A stretch of 48,005 bases of DNA, taken from assembly GCA_947481595.1 (NCBI GenBank), contig CANKHC010000001.1, positions 1 through 48,005 of the forward strand, read 5' to 3'. The notes under the pieces are model-generated. The model was not told the origin of the DNA. It saw only the letters and a list, made by a program, of their open reading frames with translations, and did not search any database. Of this stretch, positions 35,441-44,801 are shown in pieces. The DNA is from Fidelibacterota bacterium. GTDB lineage: Bacteria; Pseudomonadota; Alphaproteobacteria; Rhodospirillales; Rhodospirillaceae. Within the stretch, counting starts at the first letter, position 1. The number at the start of each line of letters is the position of its first letter. Made by a program: the position numbers and the translations under genes.

Positions 35441-36787
35441 ATGGCAGTGAGCAAACGTCTGAATCGGCGCACGGTCCTGCGCGGGATGCTCGGTGGTGCT
35501 GCGGTCACCGTCGGCCTGCCGATCCTCGAATGCCATCTGACCTCGAACGGTGCGGCGCTTGCCGCCACCGGCAACGCGCTGCCCCCCTGCTTCGGTACCT
35601 GGTACTGGGGCCTCGGTTTGATTCAGGGCCTCTGGGAGCCTAAGGAAACCGGGCCAAACTACAGCTTGCGCGAACACCTCAAGGTGCTCGAGCCGGTCAA
35701 AGACAAGATCAACCTGTTCAGCGGCATGCAGGTCTTCCTCGACGGCAAGGTCAACCAGAACCACTATTCCGGCGCCCAAGGCCAGGCCACCGGCATGGTC
35801 TCGAAGAACGGCAGCGACTACTCCTCCAGCATCGACACCCTGATCGGCCAGCACATCGGCCGCGGCACACGCTTCCGCTCCATCGAAGTGGGCAACAACG
35901 GCGACCGCCGCGCCACCTGGAGTGCCCGCGGCTTCAACGGCATGAACCCCGCCGAGATCTCGCCCATGGCGGTCTACCGGCGCATCTTCGGACCCGAATT
36001 CAAAGATCCCAACGCCGCCGACTTCACGCCCGATGTGAATGTCATGGTGCGCCAGAGCGTGCTTTCGGCCATCTCCGAACACCGCAATGCTCTGATGGGC
36101 GAGGTCTCCGCCGCCGACCGCCAGCGCCTCGATGAATACTTCACCTCCGTGCGCGACATCGAGAACAAGCTGGCCGTCGAACTCCAGCGCCCGGCCGCGC
36201 TGCCCGGCTGCCGCGTCCCCGAAGCGCTGGTCGAAGAAGAGGTCGGCGACCTGCTCGATCAGGTCAAAACCAACCACCGCCTGTTCGCCCGCCTGCTCGC
36301 TGGCGCCATGTCTTGCGGCCAGACCCGCGTCGTCAACTTCGCCATGGGCAACGGCACCGGCAACACCATCCGCCGCAACGGCGAGATCGTCAGCTATCAC
36401 TCCCTCACGCACGAAGAGGCGGTCGACCCCGCCCTGGGCTATCAGGTCAAGTGCAAGGCGCTGGCGGAAGAAATGATGGGCTGCTTCCGCGAGCTGGTGC
36501 AGCTCTTGGATGGCGTGAAGGAAGGCGACGGCACGCTGCTCGACCGCACGCTTCTCTATGCTTTCACCGACCACGGTGAGGCCCGCACCCACTCCCTGCA
36601 GAAATACCCCATCCTCACCGCCGGCTCAGGCGGCGGCCGCATGAAGACCGGCTATCACATCAATGCCGAAGGCGACGCCGCCACGCGCGTCGGCTTCACC
36701 CTCCAGCGCGCGCTTGGCATGCCCGTGGGCAGCTGGGGTACTGAATCCAACACGGCCACCAAGCCGTTCAGCGAAATCCTCGTCTAA
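35441..36787 (+). CDS. DUF1552-family protein with twin-arginine-like signal (copy B)
   Basis: GGAGGAGGAGGGAG RBS plus ATG at 35441. NRRTVLRGMLGGAAVTVGLPILE. It is colinear with copy A over the full length, with roughly three quarters of residues identical by eye. The 131-codon extension in the track is an R-rich out-of-frame overlap with the previous gene. Confidence 0.8.
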   Translation: MAVSKRLNRRTVLRGMLGGAAVTVGLPILECHLTSNGAALAATGNALPPCFGTWYWGLGLIQGLWEPKETGPNYSLREHLKVLEPVKDKINLFSGMQVFLDGKVNQNHYSGAQGQATGMVSKNGSDYSSSIDTLIGQHIGRGTRFRSIEVGNNGDRRATWSARGFNGMNPAEISPMAVYRRIFGPEFKDPNAADFTPDVNVMVRQSVLSAISEHRNALMGEVSAADRQRLDEYFTSVRDIENKLAVELQRPAALPGCRVPEALVEEEVGDLLDQVKTNHRLFARLLAGAMSCGQTRVVNFAMGNGTGNTIRRNGEIVSYHSLTHEEAVDPALGYQVKCKALAEEMMGCFRELVQLLDGVKEGDGTLLDRTLLYAFTDHGEARTHSLQKYPILTAGSGGGRMKTGYHINAEGDAATRVGFTLQRALGMPVGSWGTESNTATKPFSEILV

Positions 36788-36797
36788 GGACCTTGTT

Positions 36798-38105
36798 ATG
36801 AAAAAAGCGTTTCTGTCCGCTGCCGTTCTGCTCTCCGCCGGCACTGCCTTCGCCGCCGACGCGCCGACAGCCACCACGCCCAAAGGCCTCACCCTGATCA
36901 ACGTCGAGCGCGAGCTCGAGTTTTCGCAGCCGGAGTCCCTCTGGATCCGTCCTGGCGATGCCGATGGCCGCACGCTTTTCTTCTCCGACGCCGACGCGCC
37001 TGGCGTTTCCAACTGCACCGCCGCCTGTGCCAAGGAATGGATTCCTGTGGCCGTGCCCGCCGGCGCCAAGCCCACCGGCGATTGGTCGATCATCAAGCGC
37101 GCCGACGGCGTGCAGCAGTGGGCTTACAATTCGCGACCGGTCTACACCTGGGTCAAGGAAGAACGTCCCGGCGACGTCGCCACGGGTGTGGCCGTCGATG
37201 CCGTCTTCAATTCCAAGCTCGCCCAGAAAGTCATCGCCTTCAGCGACCTGCGTCCGCCCAAGGGCTGGAACGTCGTGCGCTTCGAACCTTCGATCAAAAC
37301 CAAGGCGCCCGACGGCATTGATGCCCGGGTCAACGTCTACGCCGAAGGCGTGACGCTCACCGATTTCGACGGCCTGACGCTGTACGCCTTCGACGGCGAT
37401 GCCAAGAAAGACGGCCAAGTCTGCTCCTCCTCGAGCTGCACCACCCCGTGGATGCCGGTCTCCGCACCGTCGCTGGCCGCCAATGTCGGTGACTTCTCCA
37501 TCGCGCTCCGCGCCGACGGCAGCCGCCAGTGGGCCTTTAAGAAAAAGCCCCTCTACCGCTTCAAGGCCGATCTACTTCCGGGGGACACCAAAGGCCGCGG
37601 CGTCGACAAGAAATTCGCGGTAGCACTTCTCACCGAAACCTTCCGCCCCGCCGGCGTCACCATCACGCCGCTCAACGGCTACGGCTCCATGCTGACGATC
37701 AACGGCCAGGCGCTTTACACCGGCGTTGCTTACGAAGCGCGCTGGGGCGGGCGCAACCTGCGCGACGGCTACCGCAACATGTACTACAAGGGCAAACAGA
37801 TGGGCGGCCAGACCTGCGTCTCGGCGGCGTGCCTCGCGCTGTGGCAGCCCTTCCGTCCGGGCCCGGATGCCCAATCCAACGGTTACTGGGAAGTCATCAG
37901 CCGCGATGATGGCACCAAGCAGTGGGCCTACAAGGGCTACGCACTCTACACCTACACCGGCGACAAAGCCCCCGGCGACTTCAACGGCAACGACACCTAC
38001 GACAGTTTCATCAGCGACGGTGTGGATGAGAAATTCCAGCAAGCCGCCTGGCTTGTGGAAATGAACGGCCGCGCGGGCGTCTACTGGCACATCGCCAAGC
38101 CGTAA
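36798..38105 (+). CDS. Secreted three-module COG4315 / PF03640-like repeat protein, copy 3
   Basis: Sec signal MKKAFLSAAVLLSAGTAFA. Motifs CTAACAKEWIP, CSSSSCTTPWMP and CVSAACLALWQP. C-terminus VYWHIAKP. Confidence 0.7.
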   Translation: MKKAFLSAAVLLSAGTAFAADAPTATTPKGLTLINVERELEFSQPESLWIRPGDADGRTLFFSDADAPGVSNCTAACAKEWIPVAVPAGAKPTGDWSIIKRADGVQQWAYNSRPVYTWVKEERPGDVATGVAVDAVFNSKLAQKVIAFSDLRPPKGWNVVRFEPSIKTKAPDGIDARVNVYAEGVTLTDFDGLTLYAFDGDAKKDGQVCSSSSCTTPWMPVSAPSLAANVGDFSIALRADGSRQWAFKKKPLYRFKADLLPGDTKGRGVDKKFAVALLTETFRPAGVTITPLNGYGSMLTINGQALYTGVAYEARWGGRNLRDGYRNMYYKGKQMGGQTCVSAACLALWQPFRPGPDAQSNGYWEVISRDDGTKQWAYKGYALYTYTGDKAPGDFNGNDTYDSFISDGVDEKFQQAAWLVEMNGRAGVYWHIAKP

Positions 38106-38123
38106 TTTGCCAAGCCGTAATTT

Positions 38124-39050
38124 CTACGGCGTGCGCATGCTGTCTACAAAGGCCTGGGCGGGGCCGGACTTGAACGCCAGCGCCTCCGCCACCGTACGCA
38201 TTTCGGCGGGCAGTGGGTACATGTGCTGATATTGCAGCGCTTGGCGCATGATCAGGCGCAGCCGCGTCATGATGTCGAGCGTGGCGGCGGGGTCGAATTG
38301 CGGCTCATAGATCGGCGGCTGATCGCCGCGCTGGAATTCCACCGATATGCTGCTGCGCGGTGTGGTCACCGGAGCACGCGCGCGTCCGCCCCAGTGGAAC
38401 AACGCTTGCGTCCATCCCAGAACGCCGCCAGCGGCACTCGGCAGCGCGCGCACGTCCTGCAGCGTGATCGGTGACTCCTGCTCGCGCGCCGTGCCGTAAT
38501 ACACTTCGCGGTCTGCCGGCACGACGTACATACAGCCGTTCTGCGGTGTCGCTTCGGTCAACGGCAGCCATACCGTCAGCGATTTGGGACTGCGGTCGGG
38601 CAACAACGACTTGTGCCCCATGTCGCGATGGGGCGACCAGCCTGCGCCCTCGCGCTTGCCGTTCACGTGCCAGGCCCAGAAGGCCGGTTGCATGCGGTAC
38701 TGTTCACCCAGCACCGCCTGCAACAGCCCGCGCAGCCGCGCGAACATCAACCAAGCTTCGTCGTACATGAACAGGAACACCGGCGGGAATCCAGCAGCGT
38801 CCAACGCCGCGACGCCCGCCGCGAGCTTGGCGACATCGATGCCCCAGTCCTGCGGCGGTAACTGGAAATAGCCTTCGCGCACGAGATCGGCGCGCACGCT
38901 GTCTACAACGTCGGCGCGGAACGCGATCGGCGTCACCGCGGCAGCCGCCAGGCGCGCATCGCCGATGTGAAGCTTGGGCGCGATCCCGAGCCAAAGCCCG
39001 GCATCGCTTAACTGCGCCAACTGCTTGGCCACGTCATGAGCTGTCGTCAT
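38124..39050 (-). CDS. Phytanoyl-CoA dioxygenase (PhyH)-like Fe(II)/2-oxoglutarate oxygenase
   Basis: AGGAGG RBS plus ATG at 39048-39050. WSPHRDMG (HxD) ...LTVWLPLTEATPQNGCMYVVPAD... ALFHWGG fits the PhyH facial-triad layout. Confidence 0.6.
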   Translation of the reverse strand: MTTAHDVAKQLAQLSDAGLWLGIAPKLHIGDARLAAAAVTPIAFRADVVDSVRADLVREGYFQLPPQDWGIDVAKLAAGVAALDAAGFPPVFLFMYDEAWLMFARLRGLLQAVLGEQYRMQPAFWAWHVNGKREGAGWSPHRDMGHKSLLPDRSPKSLTVWLPLTEATPQNGCMYVVPADREVYYGTAREQESPITLQDVRALPSAAGGVLGWTQALFHWGGRARAPVTTPRSSISVEFQRGDQPPIYEPQFDPAATLDIMTRLRLIMRQALQYQHMYPLPAEMRTVAEALAFKSGPAQAFVDSMRTP

Positions 39051-39200
39051 GGCCTCCTTATGCCACGGCGACCCCGGCGGGGCGACTCGCCCGCATCCAG
39101 ATCCCACTACAATCTTTACGTGCCCCCTCCGCAACGCTAGTATGGTTTCGACGCCCAACATAAAGGCACAGAAAGTCCCTTTATTACAAAGACTTGGGCT

Positions 39201-41111
39201 ATGGCTGACAGTGCGGGCAGGGGACCGGTGTCACGGGGAATCGCCACATATAAGTATTGGCTCGCAGCCGGCGCGGCCCTCCTGGTGGAGGGTGCGGCCC
39301 GCGCCGCCGTGATTGAAGACCTGACCCAGCTCTCGATCGAGGAACTGGCCAACATCGAAGTCACCTCGGTCTCGAAAAAAGCCGAACCCCTCAGTGCCGC
39401 CCCCGCGGCCATTTATGTCATCACCGGCGACGACATCCGCCGCTCCGGCGTCACCTCCGTGCCGGAGGCGCTGCGCCTCGCCCCCAATCTCGAGGTCGCG
39501 CGCCTGGACGCGCTCAGCCACACCATCTCGGCGCGCGGCTTCAATTCCACCGAAGCCTCCAACAAACTCCTCGTCCTGGTCGATGGACGCAGCGTCTATT
39601 CCCCGCTGCATTCCGGCGTCCTCTGGGACGCTCAGGACATGATGCTCGAGGACATCGAGCGCATCGAAGTCATCGGCGGACCAGGCGGCACACTATGGGG
39701 TGCCAACGCCGTCAACGGCGTCATCAACATCATCAGCAAGCCGGCCTCGGCCACCCACGGCGGCCTCATCACCGGCAACTACGGCACCATCGACGACACC
39801 ATCGCCGGCCGCTTTGGCGGCCAGGCCGGCGGCGTGGACTACCGCCTCTACGCCAAAGCCTTTCAGCGCGACCACAGCCGCAACCCCGACGGCACCAATC
39901 ACATCGATGCATGGGATCATGTTCAGGGCGGCTTCAATTTCGGCTACGGCGACGACACCAACCAGTTCACCTTGCACGGCGATGCCTACACCGGCTCCTT
40001 GGACGCAGCGGTCGGCGACGAAACCTCGGGCAAGAACGCGGTCTTCACCTGGTCACGCGCCATCGGCACGTCGCTGCCGATCAGGGTCCAGGCCTATTAC
40101 GACCGCACCCACCGTAATCAGTCCGTCCTGACCGAGACCGTCAAAACCGCCGACATCGAAGTCCAGCATGGCTTCGACATCGGCACGCAAAATCAGATTA
40201 TCTGGGGCGGCGGCTACCGCAGTGTGCACGACACCTACGACGTGCCGCCGCCGTTCGGCGTGGTCACCAAATCGGCGCACCGCCAGCTCGCCAATGCCTT
40301 CGTTCAGGATGAACTCACCCTCAGTCCCACCTTCAAGGCCACCGCCGGCATCAAGATCGAACACCACACCGCCACGGGTTTTGAATTCCTCCCCAACCTG
40401 CGGCTTTCATGGCGCCCGTCAGAGACCATGCTGTGGTGGGCTGCCGCCAGCCAGGCCGTGCGCACGCCGTCGCGCCTCGACCGCGAGCTCGTGGCGCTGC
40501 CGATCCTGATTCCGGCGCCGAATTTCGATTCCGAGACGCTCACCGCCTACGAGCTCGGTTACCGCGGCGAACTCGCGCCGAGCTTCACGCTGTCGATCTC
40601 AACCTTCTACAATGAATACGACGGCCTGCGCACGACCAGCCTCCTGCCGCCGGGTGCCGGCGCGCTCGCGCAGTTGCAGAACGGCATGGACGGCCACACC
40701 TACGGCGCCGAGATCTGGGGCCAGTACGCACTCACCGAATTTTGGCGCCTCTCGGGCGGGTTGATGATCCTGCGCAAGCGCCTGGGCTTCAAACCGGGCG
40801 TGATCGACGCTTCCAACATGCAAGCCGCCGGCAACGACCCCGGCCATCAGGTCCAACTGCGTTCGATCATGACCCCGCTGCCCGAACTCGAATTCGACGT
40901 CGGCCTGCGCGTCATCGGCGAGCTGCGTTCGGCCGGCATCCCCAGCTACACCGAGATCGACGCCCGCGTCGGCCTGCACATCAGCGAGCACCTCGATTTC
41001 AACGTCACCGCTTTCAATCTGGTGAACAAGGTGCATCCCGAAGGCGGTCCAGTGAACACGCGCCGCCTCATCCGGCGCAGCGTGAATGCCGGTTTTGCCT
41101 ATAGATTCTAA
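39201..41111 (+). CDS. TonB-dependent receptor (~630 aa class)
   Basis: LSIEELANIEVTSVSKKAEPLSAAPAAIYVITGDDIRRSGVTSVPEALRLAPNLEV is the plug. IERIEVIGGPGGTLWGANAVNGVINII is also present. The barrel ends ...NAGFAYRF. Confidence 0.85.
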   Translation: MADSAGRGPVSRGIATYKYWLAAGAALLVEGAARAAVIEDLTQLSIEELANIEVTSVSKKAEPLSAAPAAIYVITGDDIRRSGVTSVPEALRLAPNLEVARLDALSHTISARGFNSTEASNKLLVLVDGRSVYSPLHSGVLWDAQDMMLEDIERIEVIGGPGGTLWGANAVNGVINIISKPASATHGGLITGNYGTIDDTIAGRFGGQAGGVDYRLYAKAFQRDHSRNPDGTNHIDAWDHVQGGFNFGYGDDTNQFTLHGDAYTGSLDAAVGDETSGKNAVFTWSRAIGTSLPIRVQAYYDRTHRNQSVLTETVKTADIEVQHGFDIGTQNQIIWGGGYRSVHDTYDVPPPFGVVTKSAHRQLANAFVQDELTLSPTFKATAGIKIEHHTATGFEFLPNLRLSWRPSETMLWWAAASQAVRTPSRLDRELVALPILIPAPNFDSETLTAYELGYRGELAPSFTLSISTFYNEYDGLRTTSLLPPGAGALAQLQNGMDGHTYGAEIWGQYALTEFWRLSGGLMILRKRLGFKPGVIDASNMQAAGNDPGHQVQLRSIMTPLPELEFDVGLRVIGELRSAGIPSYTEIDARVGLHISEHLDFNVTAFNLVNKVHPEGGPVNTRRLIRRSVNAGFAYRF

Positions 41112-41120
41112 TCCTCTGAT

Positions 41121-42992
41121 TTAGCCGATCGGCTTGCCGTCCTGTGCGCGGATGGCGATCAGGCTGGGGCGCGGCGGCACGCCCTCCTTGAAATCCGGCC
41201 AGCGCGTGACGGGATCGACAAAGTTCGATTTGCCGTCGTCGCCCGGGTGCTGCACCGAACAGAACAACGTCGTGCCGTCTGGGGTAAATGTCGGACCCGT
41301 CAGCTCGCCGCCGATGGGGCAGCGGAAGAACGCCTTGGTCAGCGCGCGGCCCTGGCCAACAACATCCGTGGCCCAAAGGCCGTCGGCGAAGCCGAAGTCA
41401 TTGGAACCGTCCGTCGAGATCCAAACCCGGCCTTTGGGATCGACGGTGAAGTTATCGGGGTTGGTCAGCCAGCCAGCCGCCGACACACCGCTGTGATACT
41501 GCGCTTTGGTGCCCGGCTCGGCGGGATCGCCCGCGAGCAACAGGATCTGCCAGCGCGCCGTCGCGGCGGCATGATCGCCGTCCGCAGGCACCATCTCCAT
41601 GATGTGGCCCCAGCGGTTCTTGGCGCGCGGGTTGGCGGCGTCGACTTTCTCGTCGCCCCGACGCGCATTCTTGGTCAGCGCCACGAAAACGGTGTTGGTC
41701 ACGCGGTTGACCTCAATGTCCTCCGGCCGGTCCATGGCCGTGGCTCCCAGCAACGCAGCCGCGCGGCGCGTATCGATCAGCACATCGGCTTGGTTGGCAA
41801 ATCCGTTGGCGGCCGTCAGCGGGCCGGTGCCCCACACCAGCGGCAGCCAGGTCACACTCTGATCGTCGTTGAACCGCGCGGCGAACAATGTGCCGTCGTC
41901 GAGCAGACCCCAGTTGCGTTTGCGGTCGCTGCGATCGACCGTACCGCGGCTGACGAATTTATAGACGTGCTGGAAATATTCATCGTCGCCCAAGTAGACC
42001 ACGACGCGGCCGTCTGCGTTCAGCACGCAGCCGGCCCCTTCATGCTTTAGCCGCCCGAGTGCTGTGCGTTTTGCCGGGCGCGCCTTCGGGTCATAAGGAT
42101 CGATCTCCACCACCCAGCCAAAACGGTTGGGCTCATGGGGCTCCTGGGCGACACTGAAGCGCGCGTAATGCAGATGCCAGCCGTGGAAGAGGTCGTTACC
42201 TAAGCCGTACAGCAGATGGTTGGCGGCTTCTTTTGTGCTGCGAGGATCGCCGCCGAAGTAGTAGTGGAAGTTCTCCTCGCCGGTTAGCACAGTGCCCCAG
42301 GGCGTCTCGCCTCCGGCGCAATTGCCCAGCGTTCCTAACGCGAGCACGCCCTTGGGATCGTCGCGCGTCATCATCCGCGCATGGCCCATCGCAGGTCCGG
42401 CAATGTCCATTTCGGTGGAAGCGGTGATGCGCCGGTTGTAGCCGCTCTTGGCAACCACAGCCCACAGGCCGTCCTTCAATTCCACTTCGACGATGGTATG
42501 ACCGTGCGCGGCCATCTCCACGTCCATCAATTCTTTCGTCTGGTCGTTCACCTTGCGGCTGGTGAAGCCCGGGAACATCAGCTGGTTGCGCGCCGACTCG
42601 TGATTGACGCAAAGCAAACCATGGGTCGAAGAGTTCGAGCCTTCGGGCAGGGGCTTGAAGGCGATGAAGTCGTTGTCGTAGCCGAACTGCAGAGCCTGCG
42701 CCGCACCGCTCTGCGCCGCGACGTTCCACGCTGGCGCGCCGTCGACGATGGCGTCGCCCCAGCGCAGCAGGATCTGCAGGTTATGTCCCGGCGCAACGGC
42801 ATGGGTGTTGTCGAGGCCGTGCGGCACTTCGCTAAAGGTCAGGCTCGACGTACCCGCATCGGCCGGCGTCTTTTCCTGAGCTGGCGCCTCGCGCGGCAAA
42901 TTGAGCGCGCCGGCCCCGGCAGCGCCCAGGCCGGCCGCGATGACGGCACGGCGCGAGGCGGTCGGTTTTTGAGGCGGTTTGGCTTGGGTCAT
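41121..42992 (-). CDS. phoX: PhoX-family (DUF839) alkaline phosphatase with Tat signal
   Basis: SRRAVIAAGLGAAGAGAL is a Tat motif. LRWGD, GYDNDF, LCVNHE, GNCAGGETPWGTVLTGEEN and PDNFTVDPKGRVWISTDG are characteristic PhoX beta-propeller blocks. Confidence 0.8.
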   Translation of the reverse strand: MTQAKPPQKPTASRRAVIAAGLGAAGAGALNLPREAPAQEKTPADAGTSSLTFSEVPHGLDNTHAVAPGHNLQILLRWGDAIVDGAPAWNVAAQSGAAQALQFGYDNDFIAFKPLPEGSNSSTHGLLCVNHESARNQLMFPGFTSRKVNDQTKELMDVEMAAHGHTIVEVELKDGLWAVVAKSGYNRRITASTEMDIAGPAMGHARMMTRDDPKGVLALGTLGNCAGGETPWGTVLTGEENFHYYFGGDPRSTKEAANHLLYGLGNDLFHGWHLHYARFSVAQEPHEPNRFGWVVEIDPYDPKARPAKRTALGRLKHEGAGCVLNADGRVVVYLGDDEYFQHVYKFVSRGTVDRSDRKRNWGLLDDGTLFAARFNDDQSVTWLPLVWGTGPLTAANGFANQADVLIDTRRAAALLGATAMDRPEDIEVNRVTNTVFVALTKNARRGDEKVDAANPRAKNRWGHIMEMVPADGDHAAATARWQILLLAGDPAEPGTKAQYHSGVSAAGWLTNPDNFTVDPKGRVWISTDGSNDFGFADGLWATDVVGQGRALTKAFFRCPIGGELTGPTFTPDGTTLFCSVQHPGDDGKSNFVDPVTRWPDFKEGVPPRPSLIAIRAQDGKPIG

Positions 42993-43183
42993 GGCGAGGT
43001 CATTTGGTAAAGCGTGATGGTCCCCTGCGGCATGAAGTTTTGAAGAAAGCCCGATAGCCGCATCTCATCTGCGGCTCATAGTCTATGGGGGTTTGTCGTC
43101 CGCCGTCACCGACATTTCATAGGCAGCGGCGTTGGCCTGTCCTAAAATCAACGGCAGTTGGGACCGATTTGCGGGCGGGTAGA

Positions 43184-44743
43184 ATGACAGGCTTGGTGAC
43201 GTCGCGCCGCGCGCTCCTCCAAGGCGCGGCCCTTTGGGGTGCCGCCGCCGCTGCGGCCCCCTTCACGCGCGTCCTCGGCCAAACCTCCTTCAGCAACGAT
43301 CCCTTTCAACTTGGCGTCGCCAGCGGTGACCCCGTTGCCGACGGCTTTGTCATCTGGACACGCATCGCTCCCGATCCCTTCAACCCTGAAGCCCTTCCGC
43401 CGGCGGCTTTGCGCGTCGGCTGGGAAGTCGCCGAAGATGAGGGCATGCGCAAGATCGTCAAAAAGGGCGAGTCCTGGGCCCGCGCCGAGATGGCCCATGC
43501 CGTCCACATCGACGTGCGCGGCCTCGCGCCGCAGCGGCCCTACTACTACCGCTTCCACTGCGACGGTGCGGTCAGCCGCACCGGGCGCGGCATGACCATG
43601 CCTAAACCAGGGAGCAAGGTCGACCGCCTGAAGTTCGCCTTCACCTCCTGCGCCCACTACGAACAAGGTTACTTCTCGACCTATCGCGACATGGCCGCAC
43701 AGGATCCGGCCTTCATTCTCCATCTCGGCGACTACATCTACGAAGTCGCGGTGGCCACACCGGTGCGCCGCCATCCGACCACCGCGCCGCCCATGACCCT
43801 CGATCAGTACCGGGTCTTTCACGCCGCCTACAAATTGGATCCCGATCTCCAGGCCGCGCACGCCCAGACCTCCTGGTTCTTCACTTGGGACGACCACGAG
43901 GTCGCCAACGACTATTCGCGCATCGAGTCCCGCGCCACACCGCCCGAGGCTTTCGCCGCGCGCAAGCTCGCCGCCTACAAAGCCTATTACGAACACATGC
44001 CTCTGCGTCCCGCTGCAGCCCTCACCGATGGCGCGATGACCATGTACCAGCGCGTTCAGTTCGGCGACCTGGCCGAGTTCAACATCACCGATGCGCGCCA
44101 ATACCGCGATCCCTTGCCCTGCCGCACACCGGATTTCCGCGGCGGACGCGACCTCCTCGAAACCGAATGCGCCGAATTCTTCGACCCCGCGCGCACAATG
44201 CTCGGCAAAGCGCAGGAAGCCTGGCTGCAAAAGGGTTTCGCCAGGTCGGGCGCGCGCTGGAATGTGCTGGCGCACTCCCTGATGTTCGCCGACTTCGACC
44301 AGCGTCTGGGCGACGGCTGGGGCACCTTCACCGACAGCTGGAGCGGCTATCAGGCCGCGCGCGGGCGCCTGATGGACCTCGTCGCTGCGCGCAAAGCGCG
44401 GAACGTCATCACGCTCGCCGGCGACATCCATTCGTTCTTCGCCACTGAAATCAAGCAGGACCGCATCAATCCCACCGCGCCGGTGCTGATGACCGAGTTT
44501 GTCACCTCGTCGGTGACGTCCGTGGTCGGCGATCCCGAGAAGTTTGATGAGGCGTTGGTGGAAAATCCGCACATGAAGTTCTGCGATGCACGCAAACGCG
44601 GTTATGTCCTGTGCGACCTCAGCAAGGACGTCTGGCGCGCCGACATGCGTGCCGCCGATAATATCCGCGAGCGCGAAACGCTTTACCGCACCCTAGCGTC
44701 CTTCGCCGTCGAGAACGGCAAACCCGGCCCGCAGGCAGCCTGA
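43184..44743 (+). CDS. phoD: PhoD-family alkaline phosphatase / phosphodiesterase with Tat signal
   Basis: SRRALLQGAALWG is a Tat motif. PFQLGVASGDPVADGFVIWTRI, YYYRF, FAFTSCAHYEQGYF, ILHLGDYIYE, FTWDDHEVANDY and LAGDIHSF are the PhoD metallophosphatase motifs. Confidence 0.9.
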   Translation: MTGLVTSRRALLQGAALWGAAAAAAPFTRVLGQTSFSNDPFQLGVASGDPVADGFVIWTRIAPDPFNPEALPPAALRVGWEVAEDEGMRKIVKKGESWARAEMAHAVHIDVRGLAPQRPYYYRFHCDGAVSRTGRGMTMPKPGSKVDRLKFAFTSCAHYEQGYFSTYRDMAAQDPAFILHLGDYIYEVAVATPVRRHPTTAPPMTLDQYRVFHAAYKLDPDLQAAHAQTSWFFTWDDHEVANDYSRIESRATPPEAFAARKLAAYKAYYEHMPLRPAAALTDGAMTMYQRVQFGDLAEFNITDARQYRDPLPCRTPDFRGGRDLLETECAEFFDPARTMLGKAQEAWLQKGFARSGARWNVLAHSLMFADFDQRLGDGWGTFTDSWSGYQAARGRLMDLVAARKARNVITLAGDIHSFFATEIKQDRINPTAPVLMTEFVTSSVTSVVGDPEKFDEALVENPHMKFCDARKRGYVLCDLSKDVWRADMRAADNIRERETLYRTLASFAVENGKPGPQAA

Positions 44744-44751
44744 AAAGAAGA

Positions 44752-44775
44752 GGGGCGGACCTTGCGGTCCGCCCC
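44752..44775. terminator. Bidirectional hairpin terminator between convergent phoD and TBDR genes
   Basis: GGGGCGGACC-TTGC-GGTCCGCCCC is a perfect 10-bp stem. It is flanked by A-rich sequence upstream (GAAAAGAAGA) and followed by TAAAC. Confidence 0.6.
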
Positions 44776-44801
44776 TAAACATTCAGAGAAGAAAATCTCT
44801 C

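Noticed and set aside
43093-43154. Pho-box-like elements in the phoX-phoD divergent spacer.
   Set aside because: The match to CTGTCAT-N4-CTGTCAT is limited to one good half-site (CTGTCCT-AAAA) and irregularly spaced GTC(A/G)(T/C) repeats. It is noted in a finding but is too weak to annotate as a feature.
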